The notes beneath the pieces were generated by a model. That model saw only the letters and a list, made by a program, of their open reading frames with translations, was not told the origin of the DNA and searched no databases. A stretch of 64,000 nucleotides of DNA from Nymphaea colorata (Eukaryota): positions 40,238,001 to 40,302,000 of the forward strand of contig NC_045138.2 of the NCBI RefSeq assembly GCF_008831285.2. The letters run 5' to 3'. A program made the position numbers and the translations under genes. Position 1 is the stretch's first letter, and each line of letters begins with the position of its first letter. Shown here piece after piece: positions 49,805-63,015 of the stretch.

Positions 49805-52509
49805 AGGATAGTCCTTTTTCACATGCATAGATATGCTTTAGTATCAAGAAGCAATGAAATAGTGGGTTGAAAGTGCAGAAGAGTGTTATGAGGATAATAT
49901 TGCTTATTCCGGCATGGCCACCTCTGCCGGTGGCTTACTTTCATTTCAGAATCGGTTACTGCCGAACCACAAGTTCCACCATTCCCTACCCAATTGCCGT
50001 AGCTGCGAAATATTGTAACTTGGTACATAGAAACTCATAGAATTGGTTTTACTTTCACTTTCAAATCTCTCTCTCTCTCTCTCTCTCTCTCCCTACTGCA
50101 GAACCTAAAAAATGAAATGCGTATACCCATGAGAAACGTTGTCTCTTTCGATGTAGGTAACTGTAATTTATCACATCATATTGAACACGATTCACAACCG
50201 TTGTAAATATGAGCTGTTTTGGAAATTCTCTCCGAGACCCCATCATTAATGTCACTACAAATTTATCAATACGTGTTTTTTTGCTTCAGTCATTCTGATA
50301 AAATTGCTTATTGTGTTCGATTTAATGACTACACGGTCATCGGATTGATTCCCCTTCTGCTTACTGAAGAAAAGAATACAGAGAAGAATGAAAAAATTTC
50401 ACAGCACAGCAGCATACACGTTCATTAGATTAATTGTCATATTCTGTGCGTGTTTCTGATTCACAACTCAGAGTACGTACTTGGTGCTACAAAACTATAT
50501 ATTTGATTATTTTTTAAAAATAATTAATACTTAAAACACATCTATCGCTTTAAATTGGATAAGAAAATCATTAATTAGATGTATTGTTTCTGAAACGGAG
50601 TTCTAAATCGTGAGATATGCTCATTTATATGATGTGAATGCTGATACATGCAAACGCTTTTGGCATTTTCTGCTATTAATTCCTTTATATACATGTAGCA
50701 TAAATAGCTAACCATATCATACATATATATCGATTCAGCAAGTTTATGGCTTATAAAGCTGACTTTAGCAGATTTAAGATTTGAACTCAAAAAAAAAAAA
50801 AAAAAAAATCACCTGCATTCAATTATATCTACTACTCGTACTGGGTTGCAAATGGATCCGATTTGACACGATGGTGTTGTCACTACTGCATCCAAATTCC
50901 AAGGCGACCTTCTTTCTATTTAGAGATCCCAGACTAAGGAAGCCATTTTTTAATGAAAATTTTCCCTTAATATATAGTTCCCATGTTATTAAGTATTTTT
51001 TTAAGTTTGTCCTTTCCGTTTTCAGCTTTTCAAATGCATGCACTTGTTTTTGAATAGTTGTTCGTGATTGATTTCCTCAGCTCGCTAGGGGAGCAAGAAA
51101 GAAACTAATTTACCTTTGGGCACACTCTAATGCGTAAAAGGTAACTTTTTAGTATTTAAAGGCATTTTCGAAATAGAAGCGATTTTCATACTAAAAAATC
51201 CAAGAAATGACATTGAAATCTTTTTTCTTCATGTGCAGTTAAGATTTATGAAATGAAAAACTTGTGGAACCGTTCATCACGATCAAAATTTATATGTGCA
51301 CTGAGGAAACAAAATTGATCGTTAAGTTTTCCAACATAGAGTCACAATTATGAAGTTGGGCTTTACAAAAGAAAAAACACACATAAGTAACTCTTTTTAT
51401 AGTTTAATTTCTAAAACCATCTCTGCTTTAATTTTATTTGCATCTAAAATCATCCCAGGTCCTGGATAAACTAATTGTCATTTTTTGTGAGGCACCGAAA
51501 GTAGGTGGGAGGAAAAGGCATGGAGACTTTAACTTTTTCTTAGGTGGTTGAATAAAAATAAAATAGTACTCCTCAAAATATAGTGTGTAAGTTTGGGACC
51601 TTGATTGAAAGATTTCTTTTTTTTTTTCAGTCTAAATGGCGCTTCAAAATTCCGTCCTTATGTTGGGAGCAATGCAATTTACACCAACAAGCTTTACTTC
51701 AACATAAAAATCGTTTGCTTCAACCCCAAGACCAAGAAGCATGAAGAATATTCCACACACATGACAAGCGTTTGAAATTCGATCTTATACAAATTGGAAC
51801 TATTTAATGCAGAGAATGGCCATTCCTGTACTTGGCGGCTGTTTTGCCGGTTGCAAACTGAGTCGCAAAAGTGCGGAATTCATGGCACGAGAAGAGGAGG
51901 AGATGTGCAGTGCAGGCGGTGGCAGCAGATGAGTTAAAAAGGAGCTTCCAGCTTTTTTTGCCTTTCTGGTGCAATATGTATCCATGCTTCCCCGTTTTTC
52001 TATTTTATACGGCCCTCTGTTTCCTTTCCTCCGTCCCTCCCTTCCCTGTCCGCCATGGATGTACATGATGCAGGGGCACGCTCGTCTTCCTCAATGCAGA
52101 GAGCGCCGGTTTGCGTGTTAAGGAGTTTCTTCTTCGCTTTCACCAGAGAAGCCGATCGATCGGACCCCTTGAACATTAATGGTCTCCAGTCCTCTATGGT
52201 ACTGCAGTGAATCGTGAGGATACGAAGATAACCAGTTGGTCTCGTTGTAAATATCGGTTTTCATCTCGTATCGAGAACAAGGGACGATGCGTTGTGTCGG
52301 TCGATACGTATTGGCACGTACGTATTTACAACATTGACAACGCCGATACGCGTTGAATTTCTCGATACGTGTTATGGACCGATTTCTGCCATTGATAGGG
52401 AATGGGGAGGTAGATAAGGATGAGTACGTAACGTGCGTATATGTCTTCAGTTTTAGTTACCTGTCCCTAATCGGGGACGGCAAAAAAAAAAAAAAAAAAA
52501 ATTGACCAA

Positions 52510-52855
52510 CCTAACCTGGCTGCTGCCCGGTACTCGGTACTCTCCTGACTCGAGCTCAACCCTGAACCCTAAAAAAAACGGACCCCAGCCAGCCCGATAA
52601 TTTATTGGGTCAGCCCGGCTCAACTCTGGTTCAATAATTAGTATTTTAGATTTTTTATTAGTTTATATATATATATTATTATAATTAATTATATTTATAT
52701 ATTATTTTATATTTAAAAATATATTTTTAAATTTAATCGAACTAGGCTCGACCCCGGGTTTTTCGAGTAAGGCCAAGCCTAGGCCCAGTTTTTGGATAAC
52801 GGGCCAACAGAGACCAATTCGTTACCAGACCAAGTCAGCCCGATGCCCAGACTTA
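52510..52855. mobile_element. MITE, TAAGRCTGGGCATC-terminus family
   Basis: Ends GATGCCCAGACTTA; GGTACTCGGTAC motif and an AT-rich core as in 25811-26063; left boundary approximate. Confidence 0.55.
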
Positions 52856-53084
52856 CTCAAAAGGTCTTCCTTGTGTTTGAGTGAGAGATCAAAGCCTTTT
52901 TTTTTTTTTTTACTTTTTTGAAGACCAAAATTGTATGGAAATCTGAGTAAACTTACCCAGGCTCTCATTGGTCTGTAGTTCAACCAACTATCGATTTTGG
53001 TAGAATAAAAACTGACAAAATCTTTCATGTTTTATTTTAAGTTTGGATCATTTGCACCATAATGTACAAATTACATATGAGTGG

Positions 53085-53512
53085 CTAATATTGACTTAAT
53101 TGCATATCACCATGCAACTTTTCAATCTTCACAAATAGCCACTCAATTCTTTTTATAAAAAATTCTGGAAGAACAAATGAAAAACTTAATGCGAAACGAT
53201 AGCGTACCAAATTACACCTCAAAATTGAATTTTTCTGAAAGAATTTAAAAACAATTAGGTGGTACTCTTTGAAAATTAAAATTAAAAATTTTGAGGAAAA
53301 AAAAAAAAACATTGCAGTCAGTGGCATCGACCTCCTCACTGCATCAAGCAAGGATCAACGTTGATATGTAAAATTTGACTTGGATGATATGCAAATGTCG
53401 AGAACTTGTTTTTAAAAATGTGTTAGGTGGCTATCTGTCAACATTGGAAAGCCGAGGGATGACAAGCAATTTGATTACTTTTTAAGCAGTGATATGCATT
53501 TTGTAAAAATAG
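53085..53512. mobile_element. Possible Mutator-like MITE remnant
   Basis: Imperfect inverted ends CTAATATTGACTTAATTGCATATCAC / GTGATATGCATTTTGTAAAAATAG; no TSD found. Confidence 0.35.
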
Positions 53513-53659
53513 TGGGCGGCTGCCCTCTAACCGTCTGCTTTCCATCCGGCCGGCCGCCATTTTCTCTCACCGTTATTCTTTTTCTTCTTTCTTCTTCCTT
53601 GCTTTGTCATCGTTTTCTATGCTGTCCACCTTTGGTCGTCAGTTGACCCCAGGCCTTCT

Positions 53660-53662
<3 letters not shown>

Positions 53663-53741
<79 letters not shown>
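53663..53741. repeat. Compound (CT)n(AT)n microsatellite
   Basis: CT run directly followed by an AT run, about 1 kb upstream of the LBD ATG. Confidence 0.95.
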
Positions 53742-53743
<2 letters not shown>

Positions 53744-54716
53744 TGTTTCCTTGTTATCATCTATACTTTTAATTTGTTTCTAATATTTCTCGCAGTTCAT
53801 GTTTTATCGCAAATTAAACCCTACATATTGGAAACGAAAGCTTCTTTTTTTCGTGAGCATATTCTTATGCTACTAAAGTTGGAAAATTTTTTAAGTGAAG
53901 AGTAAATCAAAGATTTATAAAGCATTACATTATTTAAGTACGTCTTAACGAATACAGATGATAGATACGAGAGAGTATTTTAGATAAACATCTCGTGTAT
54001 TTGTACGTATTTATCTTTTCTTTGTGCATGGTAGAGCGAGGCGAACGTATGAGGAAGAGATTGGAAGGAATTCTAAAATTACAAGCTCATTGGTCCATCT
54101 AAACTCAACTGTAACGCGGCTTGAGACAGACGCATTAGATAACCTTGCTCGCATTTGCTTGATCTGATTGCATAAACTAATTAAAGATGTTAAAGCTTTT
54201 AGGACGCGATGAGGCAAAGTAGTTGACTGGTTATATTTTTGTTTCAAGAAATAATATTTATTTAAGAAAATCGCCAACCACAACTGGATCGTGAATATTC
54301 CGTTTGGCCGAATCTGCAACGTCGCCAATAGGATTCGATAAACGATTTTTACAACACTGCTTACCGTATAAGGTAAATCAAGTGACCATATTCCCAACTC
54401 CCCAAATTATATATAAATGTATATGTATGGATTATCTTAACTAACCGTTTTGATGAAGCAAGATCTTTGGTTTCTTCATCCGTCCTTCTTCTTCTTCTTC
54501 TTCCTGTGAACTACCTGCTTCTCATTTAACCACTTACAGATTCCATTGTTTAATATTGGCCATCTTTTCGTGGCTCAAGCACAAGCCCCGTTTGCTACTA
54601 TTCTTTTCCTCCTATCCCTCATCGTCGCTCCTTATTTATGATTCGAGTTCCGAACTTCTCTTTTTCTCCCGTCCTTCCTTCTTTATAGTTGGAAGGGGGA
54701 GCTTTGGAAGCCAGAG

Positions 54717-57700
54717 ATGCTAGGGATCAATGGCGAAGGCTCCCCACATCAGGCTTGCGCAGCGTGCAAGCACCAGAGAAGGAAGTGCACGCCCGAGTGC
54801 CCTTTAGCCCCTTTCTTCCCCGCAGAGAAGACCACCATCTTCCTCGCAGTGCAGAAGGTGTTCGGGGTGAGCAACGTCGTGAAGATGCTCCGGGAATTGG
54901 ACAGCCATGAAAAGCGCCAACTTGCGATCAACTCCCTGTGCTGGGAGGCGCAGTGGCGCTTGATAGAGCCGACCGAGGGCTGCTTCGGCGAATTCAAGCG
55001 GATGACGGAGGAGCTCTGCTCGTACAAGAGGATGTTTGAGACGCATAACTGCAGCATCAAGGGCCATGGCGGCACTGGGAAGCCTGAGAATTTGAACCCC
55101 TCGGTTTACAGTAACAATAACATCAATAACAGCGTCGCCAACAACTTCAATGGGGTGCTTACTGCTTCTAATACCAACAACAATGGTGGTCTTAACAGTG
55201 TGCATGAGTTGAACCAGCCCTTCGTCTATGGCTTCAATAAAGGCAACTGTGGTGGTGGCCAGCTTCTTTATCAGCCTGCAATGGAAGGCACCGACCAACA
55301 ATTGTTTTTCAGAGGTCTTTCTTCCCTTTTCTTTCTGCTTCATCTTCAAGTTAGTTTGCGCCCTTCTTCCATGCACAAAGCACAACCACTCACAGGTTTA
55401 CCTTCGAAAGAAATTTCATTAAAGGAAAAACAGCTAGTGTTGACACATTTAGGGGGCGGGGCGTTTGTAGAAATTTTAGATTCATGAAAACCAAGTTTTT
55501 TAATGAGATTGAAAGACCTTTTTTTTTTTTTTTTAATTTAAGTAACACATTCAAAACCTGGTTTTTGAATAACCAAAGAGAGTCAGGTTTTTTGCTTCCT
55601 TGTCAAAACTGGGTTTTCCTCAAACCTGCTTTTGATGGCATTAAACACTCAAAAAACCTGGTTTGGAGACAAAATCAGGTTTTGAATTCAAAACCTTATT
55701 TTGGGGTGTCATCCAAACACCTAATACAGTTTAGGATCTTGTACATAAAAACATAGTTGACACTACGATAGTCTAATTAGGTAAGACTGACTGCCAATTT
55801 TAAAGAAGAACATAGGCTCTTAAAAGTCTAAGGCTGCATTTACTTGTATATAGGATTGACACCCATGAAAATCGAATTATAGACTGGCTGTCCCCAATTG
55901 TGAATAAGGAGTCTAACACTCCTTATCATCAGAAAGTCTAGGGTTGCTTCTGTGTGCATAGGGAGTTGACACCCAAGAAAATTAAATTAGGGACTCCCTC
56001 TTTAGTATTAGTTCAACCAGCTATATCAAATCTTTTAGGGCTGTTTGGAGATAGGAGCAACAACAAATTGTTCTACAAATCTAACCTAAAGATTAAGGAG
56101 GATTATTATAGTGTTTCATGAATCCACTTCAATTTTTGGAATAGATTCATAAAACAGTTTGTTATTATTATTCCTATTATCAAATGGTCCCTTTGGGACT
56201 AAGAACTCCTTAAAATATTCTGTATAGGGTGCTTGGACTTGCTTATGCATTCAATAGTTAAACAATGTTTTTTTTTTTTTTTTTCAACCCAAAACAATTT
56301 GGGTCCTTTTTTTTTTTGCTATTACAAACGAATCTCTTTCTCTATTCTTTCCCATTTGATTTTATGCAAATCCTTTTCTTTATCATCTAGATCGTCTTGG
56401 ATTGCATGCTTAATGCTCATAATTTTTGTACTTATATTCTAAAAAACTTACATATATATATATAAGTACAAAAATTATGAGCCATATATGTGTAAATAAA
56501 GTGGCGAGGGACAAGTGGAAGTGGAAAAGAAAAAATTCAGACCATAATCAAACAACTCCTTCTAGCTGCAGAGATATCGTTTGTCATTCAAGAAAAACTC
56601 AGCTCCTAAAGCCTGGTTTTCTCCTCAAAGTCGAGGTGACTCCCAATCTTCTGGAGCGAATTTGCCAAGGCCTTCCATACCCTGCAACGCAAGCTGCTTC
56701 ATTCGGCCGCTTCCAATCAAGTCGCCTCTATGATGCTGGGTAATAGTTTTTCTTGTCTATGGGAACCAAAAATAAAGGAAGTGTTATAACAAGAACCGAT
56801 GGTATCAAAAAAGTTATGATTGTACTGAAGATCTATCTTCTCTCTTTAAAAAATAATAGTAATAATAATTAAACTATTAGCTTTTAGGTTAGCATTTCAT
56901 GTTTAGGAAATTAAATGATTTTTTTATGTTTTATGACATTCCAAATCAGGCATAAATTTAGTGTAGCTGGTCATATTTGCTGCGTAGATTCTTATAAGGG
57001 GCGCTCGAAATTGTTCTATGAATTTGCCCTATTTTCTGGGCAGATACATAAAAAGCAGTAATATTTTGTTACTGTTGTCAAACAGCCCATTATGGTATTG
57101 TTCACTTGAGGAGCAAACTGAAAGAGGAAAGTCTTGAATCCTCCTGTATCGCCCTCCTTGTTGTTATGTAACTTTAAAAATTTAATTATTCACCCTTACT
57201 AAATTTACGTTTTTTGAAATTTAGTTGTGTTTAATATTGTGTTACAAACGTTTAATCCAACAGTCTTGTCATATATCTTAATTGCTTTTGTTGATGTGAG
57301 TTGAAAATCACAAGATTTTGATTGAAAATTAATTTCAATTTAGTTTTGTTTATTAATTTACAACTGATCATGCACTTTTTTGGTTTACTTTCTTTTAGAC
57401 CTACTTGATGTGCTTAGTCTTTGCTAGCCCCACAAGCACTTTGAAAACATGATTAACAAAGTCATATCAAATAATTAAAGGGACACAACGGATGTACTTG
57501 CCTTCATGTTCCCAAGATTACGAGCAACAACTTTCTTACTCTAAGCTGTCTCTTTGCTTTTGTCACGTGACTCTTTAAGCAGTGTATGAACAGTTGATAC
57601 ATGATCAAAATTTCTTCAAATGCCTTTGCTTGATTTGATTTTTTTTTCCTTTTAACCATTTAAAGCAGATATTAAAATCTGCATATTGTTTAATGTAGGA

Positions 57701-58311
57701 TTGATGTACATTTTCATTAGCATTAATAAAGGAAACCCAAAACCAAGAAGATATGGTAAGGAGCGGAGAAGTGGAATTAAGGGATTCATAAGTTAGAATC
57801 CCTCCTTTTTTGCTTTCCTTGTACTGTAGATTTTTTTCTTTTTTTTGGGAACATGAATGGCTTACTAGTTGTCTTTAATGGCTGCAAAACCAATGTAAAC
57901 AGAACAGATTACCTGGTGAATGACTGTTAAAGTGAAGCACCAGCTAATTGAAATGCAACACTTATATGTACATATACAGTCACTAAACTACGACTCTAAG
58001 GTTTGGGTGACATCAAATTGTGGCATTTGATCTCCTTTTCATATGTCCTTTTTGCCTTTTTTGTTAGGGATAATCGTGCGATGGAGGAGAGGAGGAAGAA
58101 AAAGGAGGATGGGAGGGAGAGCTCTTCGCCGGCCGACGGCCTAAGCACCTCCATCAAGCGGCGGGAGGGAGAGAAGGACGGCTTTCTTCCCGTCCTGCCG
58201 CCACCCGATGGTGTGGGCACTGCTGTCGGCCAGCTGATAAGAAAGGGAAAAAAACCCCTCCCCTCTACCTCCTGTTTCTCTTTTCCTCCTCCATTCAAGG
58301 AGATCAAATGA
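54717..58311 (+). CDS. LBD2: LOB-domain protein, LBD2-like. Exon 1 54717-55314 (or 55395) is secure; proposed exons 56541-56739 and 58068-58311 are tentative
   Basis: C-block CAACKHQRRKCTPEC (CX2CX6CX3C); GAS block LAPFFPA..FLAVQKVFGVSNV; SLCWEAQWR and GEFKRMTEEL recall Arabidopsis LBD2. Unspliced ORF ends at 55487 inside a MITE. Downstream exons are inferred from phase compatibility only. Confidence 0.85.
55457..55722. mobile_element. Tourist/PIF-like MITE
   Basis: Ends GTCATCCAAACACC; AAAACC.GGTTTT internal repeats as in 31102-31386. Confidence 0.65.
56038..56191. mobile_element. Short Tourist-like MITE (relatives at about 1336-1491, 40783-40911 and 56975-57088)
   Basis: GGGCTGTTTGG / TCAAATGGTCCC termini; shared AGATTCATAAAA motif and 3' TT..TGCCAAAC-like ends among the copies. 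Confidence 0.55.
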
Positions 58312-61127
58312 GAGGCTGGGGCCTCTTTGATGGAGCGCTCTTATTTGATGTCTACGTATGTCACCAAAGTCATGGTTCAGTGACAAATATGTATGTGTCT
58401 GTGTATGTATTTTACAAGAGAAAGAGTCTCATCTCTGTCACACACACACACACACACACTGCATTGTCTGATCATATCCATGGATTTATGGATATTGTGG
58501 GAAGACATTTTTGAATGCATGCATCCATTCACATTTTGCAATGTTTGATTCATTAAATTGGTGCAGACCCATTGTTTGTGGTGTTGTCGGTCAAACAGGT
58601 GGCCTGCAAGAGAACATGAATGGCCCACTGTGGGATGGAGAAGGACTATCGAAGAAGACGAATGGGAGGACTTAAGAGACGCAGATACATATATATATTA
58701 GATGGACATGTGAGAACCCTGGCGACCACGAGCTGGCGACACATGGGGACAAGCAGCACACGTGATTTAGAACAAGAAAACGATGTTCCTGCTCTTCCTT
58801 TCTGAAAAAAAAAAAATTCCATCTGTACGAAAGGAAAACATGGTCGCAGTCTCTCTCCCTCTTTCTTGCTTACGCAGTGCCTTCTTACTGCCTTACCAAC
58901 TCCTTTATCCCTATGCTTTTGGGATGTAACAGATCTTTCCCATTTATCGAGCATTGGAGTTCATGTAAAAAAATCGACTTGTTTTATCTTTCTCTGCAAA
59001 ATAAAACTTCAAAGGGAATCTTTAGTTCTGCAGCCGCCATGCTTGGCCATTTCGATTCAATCGATCCCACTAATCAACAGAATTGATTTGTTATATGTCC
59101 TACTTATGGTCAATAACAAATTTAACATCTAGTATGCAATCGACACAGATTCATGAAACAACCCTGCACTTCCATGAATCTATCATTGAACAGTAACAAT
59201 ATGCTATGTCACGAACCGTCAAACATAGAGACTCATAGTCAAAGTCGTTCTCTAATTTAGTGACAAGAAAAGATGAAAGGGGGACAGTTCTTCAATTTTC
59301 TTGAGAAAAAAGAAACTAGAATTTGACTGAAGCTTCATCCCTGTGCTACCAACCTCCATTTTTTTTTCTGAAATTATTCTTGTTCCTTGACCCCCCATCC
59401 GTCCGCGTCACCAAGCAATCCTTTCTCTTTTTTTTTTTACCCTCCCCTTTTATTTCACGTCAGTTTGGTTGCTTTTTCTTATGGAGGGGCCCTGAAGTGC
59501 CCTTTCCATACAAAAGTACAAAGTTCTTTTATTTTGTTTTAAAAGTTTTGGTCAAGTGTTGGAGAGAGAGAGGAAGTTGGTCACGGTCGATGGGCAGTCA
59601 AGGCGTTCAACAAGGGCTGGCTGAGCACTCGCGATGACGTAGAGAACTTCGTCCCAAACATGTCTGACAGATTCTTGTATTTAATGTTCTTCGTCCAACC
59701 CCAACAGCCCGACGATTCTTATTATCCTATAAAAAAAAAACGTTTTTTTTTCGTTATTTTTAATTGACTTATTAAAAAAAAAAGAATGATATGTGCCAGC
59801 TCTTATTAGTCTATACGGTCACATGCGTGTGGGTATCATACGGGTATAGGTATGGGTACGATAACATAATAATTTTGAAAATTTTAGATACCCAGATATG
59901 ATAAATTTTATATGATCGAAAATAATAAAATGAAAAAAAAAAAAATTAACAGTTCACCCCTATAATAAAGTTTGTTTTATCACAAAAGTGTTGTTGAACA
60001 TAAAGTTTGTTTTATCGTTGAACATAAATGCTCTAATGAAGAGCCTCAGATTTGTTCGCTCATAAATTGAGATTTTACGAAATTTTCGTTTAATTTTGAG
60101 GAAAGGCCATCAAATCAACAGATCCGGATGTCATATTGTGTAGAGCATAATTGAATTCAGTTATATCATGGAAAAATAAACAGCCAAATTCTAAGTCCAT
60201 TCGGTCAAGTCTTTTGGTGCTGGACTCTTCACAAACCTGTGGCTCCAAACTGTGGTTGCGTGGAGGACGATGGTTTTTTTGTGGAACCATGGTGAGGGAT
60301 TGGACGGATTTGATGTTTTCTGAAAATTTGAAAATCTGCAAGGGGGGGGAAAATGGCTTTATCACGAACAATAGTAGGTGAATCATAGTTGCATGGTTTA
60401 GAATAAACTAAAAAAGACAAAAATTGTTTGTTAAATTTTTTCTAATAATTTATATATTATCTAAAGAAGGGACAAGGAAGCCCAGTCAAAGGCATGTGCC
60501 TAAATTAAGGGAGGCAACTTATATCTTTTCATCTTTCTCTAGTATATATTAACAAAATTATCGGACCACCCAGATTTCAAAGCAGCTCTCGTTTGTTATG
60601 ATCTAGCATGACAAGAATGCACCTTGCTCAGTTACCTTTTTTTTTGGTGTCTTAGTGTTCAAAATTTTTCTTTAATCAATTTAACTGTAACAAGTGGAAA
60701 ATTTTACATTTTTTAATTTTAGAAGCATTAATTGTAGAATAATTATGAACTCAAATTTGCACGTTTTCATTTTGTGATTTTTTTTAAGTTCGATAAGGAT
60801 GGAGTATCTTAAATTAAAAGGGCAGAAAGTGGCAAGGAGCCAAATGTTTTAGCCCGCCAGATAAAGAGCAGAAGGTGGGTGGGATTGATCGACGCCACTT
60901 TTCGTTTGAGCTTTTTCAGAAAAGCCCTTTACTTTATACTCATATTCCCAGAAACCAGCGTTTGCTTTACTATTTTTAAAATGGGTCCTTTTTCCCTTAA
61001 ACCTTTACCTAAGCAAGTGGGTTTTTAGTGTTATGCATACTTGGCAGACCGGTAACTCCAATTTGGATCCACTGATGATTGGGTCACTGAGCTAGCGAGT
61101 TAACCTGTCGAATCGACTCATCAATTT

Positions 61128-61219
61128 GGTCGAGTTTTAAAATAACCTGAATCAGGAGCGAGTCGAGCCGAAGGGTCGAGTTTTAAAATAACCTGAATCA
61201 GGAGCGAGTCGGGCCGAAG
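61128..61219. repeat. 46-bp tandem duplication (1 mismatch)
   Basis: GGTCGAGTTTTAAAATAACCTGAATCAGGAGCGAGTCGRGCCGAAG present twice (starts 61128 and 61174). Confidence 0.93.
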
Positions 61220-63015
61220 GGTGAGGGGAACCAACCTTGACTCATGGTCTCGCGATGCATTTCGGTAAAAATTAAAATAATAGGCTAAAGTTTTTATAGT
61301 CTAAGTTTATTGATGAAGCACTATTTTGGATTTAAATGGACAATGAAGGTTTCTTTCGTTAAGCAAACAAATGACTTTTCAAGTGTCATGTTTGCTCTTG
61401 CCTCAAGAATCAACACATCTCCCATCATTTAAAAGAAAAAAAACACATTTTTCAGTAGAAATTGCCGTTTTGTCAAACAAATATTGACGTCAATAAAGCT
61501 GCGATGCCATCGTTGTTCATCTTTAAACATTGATTTAGAGAGGAATAGAGATATATAAAAGGTACCCTTGGTATTTTTATTTTGCAAATAAATTGCTGAT
61601 AATCAAAATTAGGGGTTGAGTGTTTCATAAATCTATCTTAAAGTTTTGAGCACACTAAAAATCTACCTGACTGCCTCACTCATTAAGATAGATTAATGCC
61701 ATACTTACAAAATATATTATTTGCCAAACGATTCTTTAATAAGAACATTTTGTGACTGTTTTATGAATCTATCTAAAAATTATCATAGATTTATAAAACA
61801 ATAAAACTATTGTTCATAAACTTGGTTTTAAAACGAAGCTTCTCTAAGGCTTAGTAAATCACTTAAACAAAAAAAAGTAAAACTTTCCTAACTGACCAAT
61901 GTTGTCAGAATGGGTTTGGATGGGTCGATTTGAATCCAATTTGCTGGCAAGTAAATGACCTATTCAACAATGAAATGCTGTCCTTTAACGACCTTTCAAA
62001 CATTTTTTTAAGTTTTTTTGTGTTTTTAACTAACTTCTACATGTTTTTTTTTCCAAGAAAATCATTTGTTGGTACCTTTTTTTTATTTCACAACCAGTTC
62101 ATAAATCGCTGAATCGGCCAAGTCACCGAATGACCTTTACAATAAAATTTAGAAAAAGTGTACTTTACATCAACTTGTTAGCACAGAGGGGCACCGACAT
62201 GGCCCCACGAGAGAATTCCACCGACCACCATTCTTTATAAGCTCCGGCGACCCAAGTGTCGCCGGCCGGCCGACGAAAAAGGTGGTGGTAGGAAAGTGAC
62301 CCAAATGTTTTGGCTGTAAATGAAGCCCCACCATCCACGCAACCCAATGTCCTTATCTAGCTATTGCCCTTCTTCTTCATCTACTTCCAGATATACTCTC
62401 CATTAATCTCCGCTTTTCCGTGATCGTTGTTAATCCATTGTTCAAATCTGATTATCCGAAAACCATGATCATACGAATGGTTGGTCCATCCTTACTGGGG
62501 TCTTACTTTTAGACTACAATGAGAGAGAGACAAAAAGAAGATGAATTTGGAAAAACAATGAATGGCTGTACCAAATAGCGAATGAAAGGAGAACTGTTTG
62601 GAAAAATAAACGGAGAAAAATGAATTAAATTGAAGACGACAACATTCCCTCTGTATCCATATCTGGACCCTACCTCCTTCCCGTTGTTTCACACAACAGT
62701 TTGACCATTCAAAGATTGATGGCTAGCATCCAAGAGCTGCAGTGTCAACAATGAAGTCATCAACCCAACGTCACCATTTGAGGTCTAAGCCCCAATTTTT
62801 CACATCAAAATTGCCTTTCATTCTGATTAAAGAAATGCCACAACAGATCTCCTGTCCCGCCCTTTCTCTTTCTTCCTCTGCTTCCTTGCAGCTTCGTTAA
62901 ACTGCAACATCCCTCTCCGCCTCGTCCACTCAACCTCCCTGTACAAATATGCGCCAATCTCACACCAGGCAGCCATTCTTGAAGTTGGTCCTCCACCAAG
63001 ACAGACTTCCTCAAG

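Noticed and set aside
54749..55385. Long minus-strand ORFs over the LBD exon (likewise over GDSL exon 1 and the ERF gene)
   Set aside because: GC-rich codon usage on the sense strand suppresses antisense stops; no domain similarity.
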